From: an uncultured Gammaproteobacteria bacterium
GTDB lineage: Bacteria > Pseudomonadota > Gammaproteobacteria > PS1 > Pseudothioglobaceae
Direction of reading: 5' to 3'
Length of the DNA stretch: 64,000 nt
Assembly (NCBI GenBank): GCA_963989885.1
Contig: CAXDLF010000002.1
Span: 2,433 to 66,432 of the forward strand
A program made the translations under genes and the position numbers. Positions 1 to 10,652 of this stretch are shown piece after piece. Numbering within the stretch: the first letter of the stretch is position 1; each line of letters begins with the position of its first letter. Under the pieces are notes generated by a model, which was not told where the DNA came from, ran no database searches, and was given only the letters and a program-made list of their open reading frames with translations.

Positions 1-291
1 TTACATAAAGCTGAACAGTACTTTAATACCTACGGAATTTGGATTATTCTGATTGCAGGTTTTAGTCCTATACCATACAAGCTTTTCACTATTAGTGCCG
101 GAATGATGTCAATGCCTCTCTTGCCCTTTGTGATTTTCTCTTTAGTGGCAAGGAGTGCCCGCTATTTGTTGATTGCTTTTCTTGTAAGAAAGTTTGGAAA
201 ACGTGCCGATGCATGGTTAAATAAATATATTGATAGATTAGGATACGCACTGATTGTTATTGTTGTTTTAGGGATATGGTATGCCTACTAA
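1..291 (+). CDS. YqaA/DedA (VTT-domain) family inner-membrane protein, C-terminal part; the 5' end lies outside the window
   Basis: Frame 1 is open from nt 1 (LHKAEQYFNTYGIWIILIAGFSPIPYKLFTISAGMMS...) and runs into the 103..291 ORF. The FSPIPYKLFTISAG motif plus hydrophobic C-terminal helices are typical of YqaA/DedA proteins. Confidence 0.6.
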   Translation, partial: LHKAEQYFNTYGIWIILIAGFSPIPYKLFTISAGMMSMPLLPFVIFSLVARSARYLLIAFLVRKFGKRADAWLNKYIDRLGYALIVIVVLGIWYAY

Positions 292-775
292 ATATTTGAT
301 TCTTCTTTTATCTTTAATCCTATCAGGTTGTTTGACCAATGAGCCTGGTCAAGTAACTGTTATTGAAAAGTCATTCAACAAGGTATTGGATGCCAATCAA
401 AACAATTCGAAAGCCAAAGTAGCAAATGACGATAAAAAATGGTCTCTTCCGGTTGCAGCCAATATACTCAAAAAGTTCTCAATAGAAGACAACCACCCAG
501 GATTGACCTATGATAATGTACTTGGTCAGGATGTTCGGGCTGTCAGAAAGGGTGAAGTGGTCTATAGCGGAGACAAAATGACAAGTTATGGAAAAATGAT
601 CATTATCAAACATGCCTACGGCTTTTATAGCGTTTACAATCAAAATCAAGAAATCTATGTCAGCGAGGGCGACAGTATCGAGAAAGGTCAAGTGATCGCT
701 GTTACAGGCAACAAGCCATTCTATTTTGAAATGAAAAAATATGAAGAACCTATTAATCCGTTAAAATACCTCTAA
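281..775 (+). CDS. Lipoprotein with a degenerate LytM (peptidase M23) domain, NlpD/EnvC-like probable amidase activator
   Basis: Lipobox LSGC (Cys17). The C-terminal half has the M23 fold pattern (GQDVRAVRKGEVVYSG..YGKMIIIKH..GDSIEKGQVIAVTG). The histidines of the YxH and HxH motifs are replaced (VYNQ, KPFYFEM). Confidence 0.75.
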   Translation: MPTKYLILLLSLILSGCLTNEPGQVTVIEKSFNKVLDANQNNSKAKVANDDKKWSLPVAANILKKFSIEDNHPGLTYDNVLGQDVRAVRKGEVVYSGDKMTSYGKMIIIKHAYGFYSVYNQNQEIYVSEGDSIEKGQVIAVTGNKPFYFEMKKYEEPINPLKYL

Positions 776-1812
776 TGAACGAATTCATCCAAAATATAAC
801 CCCAATCCAGATGACCGGCGTATTGCTTTTGTTGGCTGTTATTGCCCATTTTGCACTAGGCGTTATACTGAAACAAATAAAAAAACACACTGGTGGCACA
901 AAAACGCAGATAGATGACTATCTCATCAACTCACTATCGGCACCGCTAAAATTACTTATCTGGTATGGCTGGATATATTTTTCATTACACGAGCTTAAGG
1001 TTGAAATACTAACCCTTGGCAAAGTTGTCGAATATATAGACATTGCTCCTATCTTTATTCTGACCTGGGGAATTCTCAGACTAATATCAAGTATTGAAAG
1101 CTTTATGTTGGAAAAAGAAGGTAACGTTGATAAAGATTCCGTTAGATTGTTCACTCGTCTAATCAAGATACTGTTTGTTTTTGCAATCGTACTTGGTGTT
1201 GCACAATATTTTGGCTACTCTGTGTCTTCCATTTTAACCCTCGGTGGTGTCGGCGGTATCGTCGTTGGCTTTGCTGCCAAAGACATGCTTGCCAACGTTT
1301 TTGGTGGATTAATGATCCAGATGGACAAACCATTCTCAACCGGTGATTGGATTCGGACAACGGATAAAAGTATAGAAGGTGTAGTCGAAAAAATCGGCTG
1401 GAGAATGACTCGTCTCCGTACCTTTAACAAAAACCCCATTTATGTTCCCAACGGTATTTTTGCAACCATTCCTATTGAAACTCCTTCTAGAATGACTAAC
1501 CGTGAAATTAGCGCAGTTATCGGTATCCGTTATGAAGATATTGCGCAAATGCAAAGCATTATTGAAAAGGTTGAGAAGTTGTTGGCTGACCATGAGCATA
1601 TTGACCACAAAGAACCTTGTCGTGTGTATTTTGACCTGTTCAATGCCTCTTCACTTGATTTTGTGATTTGGGCTTTCAGTACGGTCACCGAGGGAGCAGA
1701 ATTTAAAAAAATTAAAGGCAAACTATTGCTCGATGTAGCGGATATTATTGCCGAGCATGGTGCAGAAATTGCATATCCAACGCAAACACTGCACATCCAA
1801 AAGCCAGCATAA
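775..1812 (+). CDS. MscS-family small-conductance mechanosensitive channel
   Basis: N-terminal TM helices are followed by the MscS pore/beta-domain signature [37 protein letters not shown]. The ATG overlaps the upstream TAA (TAATG). Confidence 0.85.
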   Translation: MNEFIQNITPIQMTGVLLLLAVIAHFALGVILKQIKKHTGGTKTQIDDYLINSLSAPLKLLIWYGWIYFSLHELKVEILTLGKVVEYIDIAPIFILTWGILRLISSIESFMLEKEGNVDKDSVRLFTRLIKILFVFAIVLGVAQYFGYSVSSILTLGGVGGIVVGFAAKDMLANVFGGLMIQMDKPFSTGDWIRTTDKSIEGVVEKIGWRMTRLRTFNKNPIYVPNGIFATIPIETPSRMTNREISAVIGIRYEDIAQMQSIIEKVEKLLADHEHIDHKEPCRVYFDLFNASSLDFVIWAFSTVTEGAEFKKIKGKLLLDVADIIAEHGAEIAYPTQTLHIQKPA

Positions 1813-3134
1813 TGGGGCTCTCTAAATTACACATCCGCACCTTTGGGTGTCAAATGAACGAATACGACTCGGATAAAATGAGTGATGTACTTAAACATTC
1901 TCACGGCCTCGAATTGACTGACAATATTGACCAAGCAGACGTGCTTTTAGTAAACACCTGCTCAATCCGTGAAAAGGCCGAGGAGAAACTGTTCCATCAA
2001 CTCGGACGTTGGAAAAAATTAAAGACCACCAAGCCAAACCTGGTAATCGGTGTTGGCGGCTGTGTTGCGACTCAAGAAGGTGATCTGATACTCAAAAGAG
2101 CACCCTACGTTGATCTGATTTTTGGCCCTCAAACCCTACATCGACTGCCCAACATGCTCAATGACGCTCTTGATAAAAATCAAGTAAGTATCGATATCTC
2201 TTTCCCGGAAATTGAAAAATTTGACCATTTGCCCGAACCTCACAGCGATGGCGCCTCTGCATTCGTTTCTGTAATGGAAGGTTGCAGTAAATATTGTACC
2301 TTTTGTGTTGTTCCCTATACACGCGGTGAAGAAATTTCCCGCCCATTCAACGATGTGATTCGTGAAGTCGAAGTCCTAGCTCAACAAGGCGTCAAAGAAA
2401 TTAACCTTTTAGGACAGAATGTTAACGCCTATCGAGGACTGATGGATGATGGGGAAATTGCTGATTTAGCTCTCCTTATTGCTATCGTCGCGCAGGTGTC
2501 AGGCGTGGAACGTATTCGCTATACGACTTCTCATCCTGTAGAATTTAGTGAACGCTTGATTCAAACTTATGCCGAAGTGCCTGAACTTGTTTCGCACGTG
2601 CATCTACCTGTACAGAGTGGCTCAGATAAAATACTCGGTTCAATGAAGCGAGGCCACACAGTGATTGAATATAAATCAAAGATTCGAAAGCTTAGAGAAA
2701 TTAGACCTGATATTTCTTTGTCGTCAGATTTCATTATTGGTTTCCCTGGAGAGACTGAAGAAGATTTCAATAACACAATGAAACTTATCGATGAAATAGG
2801 CTTTGACAAATCCTTTAGTTTTATTTATTCAAAACGACCTGGAACGATTGCAGCAAGTCTTCCCGATGATATCGACCAGACAGTCAAGAAGCAACGACTT
2901 GCAGTTATACAAGACAAACTCAATGAGAACACTGAAGAAATTTCCAGGTCAATGATTGGCAGTATCCAAAAAGTTCTTGTAGAAGGTCATTCAAAGAAAG
3001 GCAATACTTTGTCAGCCAGAACAGAAAACATGCGTACCACACACTTTTTAGGAAATGAGGACTTGATTGGCCAAATAGTCTCTGTAAGAATCACCGAAGG
3101 TTTTGCAAACTCTCTCCTGGGGGAGCTTCTCTAA
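1812..3134 (+). CDS. miaB: tRNA-2-methylthio-N6-dimethylallyladenosine synthase MiaB
   Basis: MTTase N-terminus [15 protein letters not shown], radical-SAM CSKYCTFC motif and a C-terminal TRAM-like segment. Length 440 aa. Confidence 0.95.
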   Translation: MGLSKLHIRTFGCQMNEYDSDKMSDVLKHSHGLELTDNIDQADVLLVNTCSIREKAEEKLFHQLGRWKKLKTTKPNLVIGVGGCVATQEGDLILKRAPYVDLIFGPQTLHRLPNMLNDALDKNQVSIDISFPEIEKFDHLPEPHSDGASAFVSVMEGCSKYCTFCVVPYTRGEEISRPFNDVIREVEVLAQQGVKEINLLGQNVNAYRGLMDDGEIADLALLIAIVAQVSGVERIRYTTSHPVEFSERLIQTYAEVPELVSHVHLPVQSGSDKILGSMKRGHTVIEYKSKIRKLREIRPDISLSSDFIIGFPGETEEDFNNTMKLIDEIGFDKSFSFIYSKRPGTIAASLPDDIDQTVKKQRLAVIQDKLNENTEEISRSMIGSIQKVLVEGHSKKGNTLSARTENMRTTHFLGNEDLIGQIVSVRITEGFANSLLGELL

Positions 3135-4159
3135 CCGTTTAGCCTTAACCAGAGCTTTGAATACCAGTAATATCGCCCCGCCTCCTTCGATGGCATTGTA
3201 CAGTTATAACGACTCCTACCCTTTGGCAGCGCCTCTCTTGCTTTAATACTGACCTTATTAGAAGCCAGCCATATCAATTCGGGTTGATCTTGACCGGAAA
3301 CAAAACAGGAAAATTGTTGTCTTTCGTTTTTCGACAACTCGCGGGAAAAGTTGAGAGTTAAGGATGGCTTGAAGTTTTCAGAAATAATTAGAGACTGTGG
3401 GTCTTCGAATTCAATTGGCATTGGCAATGTTCTTATCTTTAAAGTAAAGCTCTCCATTTCTGCATAGGGCCCTGACATCGAAAATCTTGGTAAATTCAAA
3501 AAGTCGCTATTTCTATTTATAGCGCCAGAATGTTGTCCAAAACCGACATAACCAAGATCACTTATTAGACCATAAGTCTGGTCATCAAATTCGCCGTAAG
3601 GGTAAGCAAAATACTTCTTTTCAACACCTAATTCCTGTTGTATTCTTTTCTGTGCATGAGTGATTTCACCTCGCAATACCTCAAGATCTTGTTCAACCAG
3701 ATGAAGATGTTGCACACTGTGGTTATACACATCTACAAGGTCTGACATTTCTTGGAGCTGTTTCCAAGATAGCATCAGGCTATATTTCTTATCAATAGAT
3801 TCAGTAGAAACAAAGACCGACATCGGCATCTGGTATTTTTCAAGTAACGGATAAGCGTTAGTATAGATTGACAAGAAGCCGTCATCTGCAGTCAAACTGA
3901 CACATTTTTTGGGCAATATTGCTTGCCCTCTAAGAGACTCAATGACTTGATCTAAGGGAAGAACGTTATATCCGTTAACGTAAAGATACTCTAGGTGTTT
4001 CTCAAAGATTGCTGGAGAGGTGCTCGTAGACTGTGGTCCTTCGTCTGAAAAGCGGTGGTACAAAAGCAATACACATTGATTGTCATCTGCAATTGAGGTG
4101 TATGGCCATAATACAAATACCAAGAAAAAGGTATTGAAGATAAGTCGAACTCTTTTCAT
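3131..4159 (-). CDS. Secreted polysaccharide deacetylase (NodB/CE4 family)
   Basis: N-terminal signal peptide. NodB motifs TADDG and HSVQH (H-S/T-x-x-H). The stop codon overlaps the miaB stop on the opposite strand. Confidence 0.7.
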   Translation of the reverse strand: MKRVRLIFNTFFLVFVLWPYTSIADDNQCVLLLYHRFSDEGPQSTSTSPAIFEKHLEYLYVNGYNVLPLDQVIESLRGQAILPKKCVSLTADDGFLSIYTNAYPLLEKYQMPMSVFVSTESIDKKYSLMLSWKQLQEMSDLVDVYNHSVQHLHLVEQDLEVLRGEITHAQKRIQQELGVEKKYFAYPYGEFDDQTYGLISDLGYVGFGQHSGAINRNSDFLNLPRFSMSGPYAEMESFTLKIRTLPMPIEFEDPQSLIISENFKPSLTLNFSRELSKNERQQFSCFVSGQDQPELIWLASNKVSIKAREALPKGRSRYNCTMPSKEAGRYYWYSKLWLRLNG

Positions 4160-4240
4160 GTCATCAATGTTAAATTAAATGATGTAATAAATCATACAAC
4201 TTATCAATTGTTTTCAATCTAAAGCAGTAAAATATTGACA

Positions 4241-5158
4241 ATGAAATTTACTCTCGATATTAAAAGCACCGATCAGCTCGCAAATATTTGCGGTTCCCTA
4301 GACAAAAACCTCGATAACATTGCTAAAAACCTTAAGGTAAAGGTTTCTAATAAAGGCTCTGACTTTAATATCAAGGGAGACAACGCACCAATAGCGATTG
4401 GTGTTTTGCAAGAACTTCTATCATTATCAGAGAGTAAAACAATTGATTCTGGAGATATCGACCTTTGTATTAAATCTCAAAAAAGTGGCAATGGTTCTAC
4501 CAAATCAGTCACCATTAGGACAAGTCGCAAGCATATTAATGTTCGTAGCTCTAACCAACAAAACTATGTCAATGCTATTATTGAACATGATGCGGTTTTT
4601 GCCATAGGGCCAGCAGGTACAGGAAAAACATATCTTGCAGTGGCAAGAGCGGTTGAGGCTTTAGAGAACTCGAATATTAAAAGAATTATTTTGGTCAGAC
4701 CTGTTGTTGAGGCAGGAGAAAAACTGGGATTTTTACCCGGTGATCTGAGCGAAAAAGTTGACCCCTATTTGCGTCCTATTTATGATGCGCTTTATGAGTT
4801 TATCGGCTTTGAAAAGGTTAACAGATTAATAGAAAAACATGTCATTGAAGTTGCCCCACTTGCATTTATGAGAGGTCGCACTTTGAATGAATGCTACATT
4901 ATTCTTGATGAAGCTCAAAATACTACGATTCCTCAAATGAAAATGTTCCTGACTAGAATGGGTTTTGGTTCAAAGATGGTAATTACCGGTGATGTTACAC
5001 AAATTGATTTACCCAACCCTAATCAATCTGGACTTTTAGATGCAATAAAAATACTTGACGATATAGAACAAATTACGTTTTGTGAGTTAGACTCGCAAGA
5101 CATTGTCAGACATCGACTGGTTAAAAGAATTGTAAGCGCTTACGATCGAGAAAAATGA
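4241..5158 (+). CDS. ybeZ: PhoH-like ATPase (YbeZ)
   Basis: Walker A GPAGTGKTYLAVA, Walker B/PhoH signature IILDEAQN and ITGDVTQIDLP. The ATG at 4241 is preferred over the in-frame TTG at 4235 used by the ORF track. Confidence 0.9.
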   Translation: MKFTLDIKSTDQLANICGSLDKNLDNIAKNLKVKVSNKGSDFNIKGDNAPIAIGVLQELLSLSESKTIDSGDIDLCIKSQKSGNGSTKSVTIRTSRKHINVRSSNQQNYVNAIIEHDAVFAIGPAGTGKTYLAVARAVEALENSNIKRIILVRPVVEAGEKLGFLPGDLSEKVDPYLRPIYDALYEFIGFEKVNRLIEKHVIEVAPLAFMRGRTLNECYIILDEAQNTTIPQMKMFLTRMGFGSKMVITGDVTQIDLPNPNQSGLLDAIKILDDIEQITFCELDSQDIVRHRLVKRIVSAYDREK

Positions 5159-6246
5159 ACCCCTCTAATGAAAAAATAATTGTCGGCCTTTCTGGTGGAG
5201 TTGATTCATCTGTTGCCGCTCTCGTTTTACTTGAAAAAGGATTTCATGTGGAAGGCTTGTTCATGAAAAATTGGGATGAAGAGGATGATGACAAGTATTG
5301 CAATGCCACTGAAGACTTGCTGGACGCTCAACAAGTCGCGGATAAACTTGGAATCAAGCTTCATACAGTGAACTTTTCTCATGAATACTGGGAAGACGTA
5401 TTTGAACATTTTCTATCTGAGCATAAAAAAGGACGAACACCAAATCCCGATGTATTGTGCAACCAAAGAATCAAATTTAAAGCATTTTTAGATTATGCAA
5501 AGGACTTGGGCGCGAACAAAATAGCAACTGGTCATTATGCAAGAATTATCAATAATGATGGTCACTACCAACTGAAAGCTGGAGTTGATGGGAATAAAGA
5601 CCAAAGCTACTTTCTTCACCTACTTAATCAGGACCAACTCTCGCAGAGCCTCTTTCCACTTGGAGATTTACATAAAAAACAAGTACGCGAAATAGCACTA
5701 AAAAATGGCTTTGAAAACGCTGAAAAAAAAGACTCTACAGGCATCTGCTTTATTGGAGAAAGGCCATTTAAAGACTTTCTGACCACTTTTCTACCAAAAC
5801 AAAAGGGCGATATCATAGATGAGAATGGTCGCTTTATTAAACACCATCATGGGCTACCTTTCTATACTATCGGTCAGCGTAAAGGTTTGGAGATTGGTGG
5901 AGGATATAGCGATTCCTCCGAACCTTGGTTTGTTGCTGATAAATTGGTCGAGTCAAATGAGATTTTAGCTGTTCAAGGGGACCATCCATTGCTTTATCAC
6001 AATACACTTATTGCAGATAGTGTCCACTGGATTGATCAGTCACCCGCCCTACCCCACAAATGCAATGCTAAAATAAGATATCGTCAAGCATCCCAAGAGT
6101 GCCAGGTAATGGAGATAGATGGCGACTGTATCCAGGTTAATTTTATGGAGCCACAGAGAGCGATAACACCCGGACAGTCAATCGTCTTCTATGACCGTGA
6201 TGTTTGCTTAGGCGGAAGTGTAATCAAATCAAAATCGAATGAATAA
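5155..6246 (+). CDS. mnmA: tRNA-specific 2-thiouridylase MnmA
   Basis: PP-loop GLSGGVDSS and catalytic Cys region DSTGICFIGER. Length 363 aa. ATGA overlap with ybeZ. Confidence 0.95.
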   Translation: MNPSNEKIIVGLSGGVDSSVAALVLLEKGFHVEGLFMKNWDEEDDDKYCNATEDLLDAQQVADKLGIKLHTVNFSHEYWEDVFEHFLSEHKKGRTPNPDVLCNQRIKFKAFLDYAKDLGANKIATGHYARIINNDGHYQLKAGVDGNKDQSYFLHLLNQDQLSQSLFPLGDLHKKQVREIALKNGFENAEKKDSTGICFIGERPFKDFLTTFLPKQKGDIIDENGRFIKHHHGLPFYTIGQRKGLEIGGGYSDSSEPWFVADKLVESNEILAVQGDHPLLYHNTLIADSVHWIDQSPALPHKCNAKIRYRQASQECQVMEIDGDCIQVNFMEPQRAITPGQSIVFYDRDVCLGGSVIKSKSNE

Positions 6247-6844
6247 AGCAGCAAAACAAACTCTAGCGTTGGCAAGTATATTTCAAACAACTGCCCTAGT
6301 TCATCAACTTGCCTCTACAGGACAATGTGACAGCCATAGTAATAGAGCAAGTCTGAATAGCATTGTCAGCAAGAGTGACAATGTCGATGAAATTTTTTCC
6401 TCGCCCGAGGATTTGCGAGTCGGCTTTGAATCCCTCAAAATATTACTCGATAAGAAATCTATCAGTATGCAAAATATCATGTTCTATTCAACAGCGCTTA
6501 TTAATCTTGAAAAGAAATTAATGAAAAAACCTCAATTACTGACTCAAATTTCGGCTGAAATTGACCACTTAAAAAAACAAGATTTTTTCGATGTTCATCA
6601 CACTAACTCAATTGCCAGACTTGCCGAACTCTATAAAAATACCTTAGGCAGCCTCAACCCAACAATTATGGTTCGAGGTGAGCAGATCTATTTAACTAAC
6701 AGACAAACAGCAAACCATATCAGAGCCTTGCTTCTTGCTGGCATTCGAGCAGTTTCATTATGGAAATCTCAAGGTGGAAAGACATGGCACTTGCTACTTA
6801 ACAAGAAAAAAACGCTTCGCTATGTTAACTCCTTGGACGCATAA
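6239..6844 (+). CDS. hflD: High-frequency-of-lysogenization protein HflD
   Basis: Collinear by eye with E. coli HflD (LALASIFQTTALVHQLASTGQCD; LLAGIRAVSLW). It also has the conserved mnmA-hflD adjacency. Confidence 0.85.
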   Translation: MNKAAKQTLALASIFQTTALVHQLASTGQCDSHSNRASLNSIVSKSDNVDEIFSSPEDLRVGFESLKILLDKKSISMQNIMFYSTALINLEKKLMKKPQLLTQISAEIDHLKKQDFFDVHHTNSIARLAELYKNTLGSLNPTIMVRGEQIYLTNRQTANHIRALLLAGIRAVSLWKSQGGKTWHLLLNKKKTLRYVNSLDA

Positions 6845-6863
6845 ACAGGTGAAAAACAAATAC

Positions 6864-6892
6864 TTGCATTAATAGTAATGAGACTTTATAAT
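6864..6892 (+). promoter_or_regulatory. Candidate sigma70 promoter of rpsT (TTGCAT-17 nt-TATAAT)
   Basis: TTGCAT at 6864-6869 and TATAAT at 6887-6892, with exactly 17 nt between them. It lies about 40 nt upstream of the rpsT ATG. Confidence 0.45.
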
Positions 6893-6929
6893 TCCGTCTT
6901 TTGAAATTTAGCATTAAATTAAAGACAAT

Positions 6930-7190
6930 ATGGCCAATTCAGCAGGATCTAGAAAACGCGCAAGACAGGCAGTGAAACGTAATCAACATAATTCTCAAAT
7001 CCGAGCTAAAGCTCGTACTTTTGTGAAAAAGGTTGCTTATGCTGTTGCAGCTGGAGAAAAAAAAGAGGCTACTAGCGGTTTTGCAGCAATGCAAAAAAAC
7101 CTAGACCAAGCTGTTAGTAAAGGCTTAATCCACAAAAACCAAGCCGCCAGAAAAAAATCGCGGCTTAGTGCTCAAATTAAAGCCTTATAA
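6930..7190 (+). CDS. rpsT: 30S ribosomal protein S20
   Basis: 86-aa basic protein with the classic S20 N-terminus MANSAGSRKRARQAVKRN. Confidence 0.95.
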   Translation: MANSAGSRKRARQAVKRNQHNSQIRAKARTFVKKVAYAVAAGEKKEATSGFAAMQKNLDQAVSKGLIHKNQAARKKSRLSAQIKAL

Positions 7191-7260
7191 ATAACGTTTC
7201 TGTTCTCTAGTTCAGCTTTTACAAGGTTAATCTTTTAATAGTAAAAATCGTTGCTATAAT

Positions 7261-7285
7261 AAAAACCCTCCAAAAGGGTTTTTTT
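7261..7285 (+). terminator. Candidate rho-independent terminator downstream of rpsT
   Basis: AAAAACCCT (7261-7269) pairs with AGGGTTTTT (7275-7283) around a 5-nt loop and runs into a T tract. The stem is short and AT-rich. Confidence 0.45.
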
Positions 7286-7307
7286 ATGCATCATATTCAG
7301 CTTTATT

Positions 7308-7805
7308 ATGATTGATGAAAGCGATAAATCGTTGTTTAGAATTGCTGTTAATGAGCAAATGCCTATCGATAAGGATGGTGACAATGAAGAAATCTATGAC
7401 AACAAAAATCATTGTAATAAACCTTTTGAAGATTTTAGCTATTTAGCTAAACCCAACCTGTCAGCCTCGGACTCTGTAAACCATTCCCAATCGGGTGTAT
7501 CACCTAAAACATTAAAAAAAATGAAACAAGGCAGGATCGGCTATACACCTTCTGTCGATTTGCATGGACAAAAGGTTGAGGAGGCATGTCAATCTCTATC
7601 AAAATTTATTCACTACCATAGCGATGAACGTTTTATCCAAATCATTCACGGCAAAGGGTACAACTCTGATCAAAACCTATCTACCTTGAAATCACAGGTA
7701 GTACACTATCTCAAACAGCACCCTCAAGTACTTGCATTCTGCTCTTGTCCTCAAAATAGGGGCGGCACGGGAGCGGTGTTTGTTTATCTTAAAGGCAATG
7801 TTTAA
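7308..7805 (+). CDS. Smr-domain protein (SmrA/YdaL-like endonuclease)
   Basis: C-terminal Smr domain VDLHGQKVEEACQSL...IQIIHGKGYNS...GGTGAVFVYLK. Confidence 0.8.
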   Translation: MIDESDKSLFRIAVNEQMPIDKDGDNEEIYDNKNHCNKPFEDFSYLAKPNLSASDSVNHSQSGVSPKTLKKMKQGRIGYTPSVDLHGQKVEEACQSLSKFIHYHSDERFIQIIHGKGYNSDQNLSTLKSQVVHYLKQHPQVLAFCSCPQNRGGTGAVFVYLKGNV

Positions 7806-9063
7806 TCTAGACGAAGTTTACTCCGTTTCTGATTTTTTAAACTTGTGTAGAAATTCGGTTGAACAAAACATACCCCATTGCTGGGTCCAGGGTGAAATTT
7901 CAAATCTATCCAGACCCTCCTCAGGGCACTGCTATTTCTCACTAAAAGACTCCAAGGGGCAAATTCGTTGTGCTTTTTTTCGTCTCAATCAACGTAAGGT
8001 CCAGTTCACTCCAGAAAACGGCATCTCTGTTGTAATAAGGGGTGCGCCAACGCTATATGAAGTTAGGGGAGACTTCCAGCTGATTGTGCAACAAATGGAA
8101 CCTGCAGGTATAGGTAATCTGCAGATTGCCTTTGACCAGCTAAAAAATAAACTTAAGGCTGAGGGCTTGTTTGATGCGGAAAACAAAAAAAACCTCCCTG
8201 TATCTCCAAAAACCATCGGTGTCATCTCATCTTCTAGCGGCGCTGTAATACGTGATATCATCCACGTATTAAAAACAAGATATCCATTTTCCAATATTCT
8301 TCTTTACGATACTATAGTACAAGGTGAAGATGCCTACAAAAAAATTATCAAAGCACTTCGAATTGCGGATAAAGATAAACGTTGTGATGTTCTCATATTG
8401 GCAAGAGGTGGAGGCTCAATGGAAGATTTATGGTCTTTTAATGAAGAAGAGCTCGCGAGACAGATTTTTGCCTGTAAAACACCAATCATAAGCTCTATAG
8501 GTCATGAAACAGACACTACTATTGCAGATTTTGTAGCTGATGTTAGGGCTCCAACACCCAGCGCTGCTGCCGTTATCGCAACACCTGATCGACTTGCAAT
8601 AATCAATCAGGCAACAAAACTCAGAAAACAATTGCAGGATAGTGTCAATCAATCCCTTGACAAAATAAAGCTCTCCCTTGACCTACTTCAAACTAAAATC
8701 ATTGATCCCAGCCGACAACTGCAACGAAATGCACAGAAACTAGACGAATATGAGTTTCGACTTTTCAGACAGATAAAAAGAGCTCATCAACTATATCTAT
8801 CACAACTCCAACAGCTAAACATTCGTCTACGCAATAACGTGGAATATTTTCTTAAAGATCAGGCAAATCAATTTACCAACAAGGTCAACCGACTCAACCT
8901 ACTTTCACCTCTAAATACACTCTCTAGAGGCTACAGCATTACACATGATAAAGACGGCAAGGTTTTACTTTCATCAAAGAAGATCAATCTCGGAGACCAT
9001 ATCATTTCTCAACTTCATGATGGAAAAGTTACTTCAAAGGTGCTAAAGAAAGAGGATAATTAG
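7798..9063 (+). CDS. xseA: Exodeoxyribonuclease VII large subunit
   Basis: OB-fold N-terminus (VSDFLNLCRNSVEQNIPHCWVQGEISN), catalytic core ARGGGSMEDLWSFNEE and a coiled-coil tail. The ATG at 7798 overlaps the smr stop. The ORF-track start at 7732 would add a non-conserved extension. Confidence 0.9.
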   Translation: MFNLDEVYSVSDFLNLCRNSVEQNIPHCWVQGEISNLSRPSSGHCYFSLKDSKGQIRCAFFRLNQRKVQFTPENGISVVIRGAPTLYEVRGDFQLIVQQMEPAGIGNLQIAFDQLKNKLKAEGLFDAENKKNLPVSPKTIGVISSSSGAVIRDIIHVLKTRYPFSNILLYDTIVQGEDAYKKIIKALRIADKDKRCDVLILARGGGSMEDLWSFNEEELARQIFACKTPIISSIGHETDTTIADFVADVRAPTPSAAAVIATPDRLAIINQATKLRKQLQDSVNQSLDKIKLSLDLLQTKIIDPSRQLQRNAQKLDEYEFRLFRQIKRAHQLYLSQLQQLNIRLRNNVEYFLKDQANQFTNKVNRLNLLSPLNTLSRGYSITHDKDGKVLLSSKKINLGDHIISQLHDGKVTSKVLKKEDN

Positions 9064-9105
9064 TAGCCATTAATTGTGCATTATTAATGAAGCTAAAAAA
9101 CATAT

Positions 9106-9510
9106 ATGAAATCCAATGTCTCATTTCTACGTCGACTAGGTGCCATCATCTATGATTTTTTTCTTGTCTTTTCTTTTGTTTTTTTTATTGAAGGTGTGGT
9201 CATTATTATCAACAATAAACAAGCAATAACGAGTAGTCTGTTTTTCTATCTTCTAACCTTACCTCTTATTTATGTTTATTTTTCAATGTCTTGGATTAAA
9301 GGCAAACAAACACTTGGGATGAGGGCTTGGAAATTTGAAATCATACAAAAAGACGGTTCAAATGTCACTCAAAAACAGTCACTAATTAGGTTCTTATTGG
9401 CTATCATTTCGTTGTTGGGTATTGGCTTTATTTTTCAACTCTTTAACCAAAATAAGCTCCCTTTGCATGATTATTACTCAAAAACTTACCTGATATCAAC
9501 CCTGAAATAA
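9106..9510 (+). CDS. RDD-family membrane protein
   Basis: RRLGAIIYDFFLV N-terminus (RDD-type), three hydrophobic helices, 134 aa. Confidence 0.65.
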   Translation: MKSNVSFLRRLGAIIYDFFLVFSFVFFIEGVVIIINNKQAITSSLFFYLLTLPLIYVYFSMSWIKGKQTLGMRAWKFEIIQKDGSNVTQKQSLIRFLLAIISLLGIGFIFQLFNQNKLPLHDYYSKTYLISTLK

Positions 9511-9548
9511 TATGATAGAGAATTACCAAAAACCAAATAATAAAGTTT

Positions 9549-9908
9549 ATGCAAAATGACACCCATAAAGGCATAGTTGGTTTTGTTATTAAATACAAAA
9601 TCTCGTTAATACTAATTCTGATATTGATTGCACTAGTGAGGCAAAATATATTGATTAATGACTTTCCCAATATCATTTTCCAAAAACAAAAAACTATTAA
9701 GGATATGGAATTGATTAATAAACAATTGCAAAACGATAATAAAAAACTTCAGGAACAAATTAACGCCTACACAGAGGAGGATTTAAGCGTAATTGAATCA
9801 CAGGCACGATTTAAATACGGACTCATCAAAGACGGCGAGGTGTTTTATCAAATCAACACAACCGTGGAAACCGATAATGTAGCAGATTCTAGTGAGTCTA
9901 CTTTATAA
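9549..9908 (+). CDS. ftsB: Cell division protein FtsB
   Basis: One TM helix, then a coiled coil (NKQLQNDNKKLQEQINAY) and the conserved SQARFKYGLIKDGEVFYQI. It has the canonical position upstream of ispD-ispF. The exact start is uncertain. Confidence 0.8.
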   Translation: MQNDTHKGIVGFVIKYKISLILILILIALVRQNILINDFPNIIFQKQKTIKDMELINKQLQNDNKKLQEQINAYTEEDLSVIESQARFKYGLIKDGEVFYQINTTVETDNVADSSESTL

Positions 9909-9953
9909 TAAAGACGATAAATTTCTTACTCCTAAAAGGATCATTTAGCTGTC

Positions 9954-10652
9954 ATGCATGATGATAATTGTTTCTTAATCATTCCGGCCAGTGGCAAAGG
10001 TTCGCGCATGAATACAGTCATTCCTAAACAATATCTAAAGCTTGAGAACGGTTCAACCATTCTAGATCAAAGCTTGCAAACTCTTTTGGATATGGATCAG
10101 ATATCTGGCTGTGTCGTCGCCATCTCAGATAATGATGAGTATTTTATGACTTCACCTTATTATTCTCATCCAAAATTGCTTGCTACTGCTATAGGTGGTC
10201 CAGAACGTTTTCATTCTGTTTTGAATGCCCTAATCTCTCTAATTGAATTTGCAAAAGACGATGATTGGGTGCTCGTGCATGATGCGGTTCGACCCTGTAT
10301 AAAAAAAGAAGACGTAGAAAAATTAATAAACGAACTACAAAACCATCCTATTGGAGGTATTCTTGCCGTAGAAGTTGTTGATACATTAAAAAAAGTCGGA
10401 AATGAGGATGTTGTAAGGACAATTGAAAGAAATAAATTGTATCAAGCACAGACCCCACAGATGTTCCGAATTAAACTCCTAAAGAAAGCCCTAGAAAAAG
10501 TGGTCGAAGATAATGGCTACGTTACAGATGAGGCTGAAGCGATTGAACGTTTAGGACATTCTATAAAGATTGTATCAAACTCTAAAAGTAACATTAAAAT
10601 TACCCACAATGACGACCTCAAATTAGCCAATTATTACTTAAATAAACAATGA
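9954..10652 (+). CDS. ispD: 2-C-methyl-D-erythritol 4-phosphate cytidylyltransferase
   Basis: IIPASGKGSRM nucleotide-binding loop, VLVHDAVRPC and QTPQMF motifs. Confidence 0.9.
   Translation: MHDDNCFLIIPASGKGSRMNTVIPKQYLKLENGSTILDQSLQTLLDMDQISGCVVAISDNDEYFMTSPYYSHPKLLATAIGGPERFHSVLNALISLIEFAKDDDWVLVHDAVRPCIKKEDVEKLINELQNHPIGGILAVEVVDTLKKVGNEDVVRTIERNKLYQAQTPQMFRIKLLKKALEKVVEDNGYVTDEAEAIERLGHSIKIVSNSKSNIKITHNDDLKLANYYLNKQ

Noticed and set aside
7255-7285. TATAAT hexamer immediately followed by the rpsT-distal hairpin, considered as a tiny sRNA gene.
   Set aside because: A transcript starting after this -10 element would begin inside the hairpin. The simplest reading is an rpsT terminator.
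7732-7797. Upstream start for xseA given by the ORF track.
   Set aside because: The extension (MHSALVLKIGAARERCLFILKA) overlaps the smr coding region and has no XseA similarity. The ATG at 7798 yields the canonical N-terminus.
9064-9105. AT-only inverted repeat CATTAAT...ATTAATG after xseA as a terminator.
   Set aside because: The stem contains a single G:C pair (its outermost) among 7 bp and there is no T tract, so it is not convincing as an intrinsic terminator.
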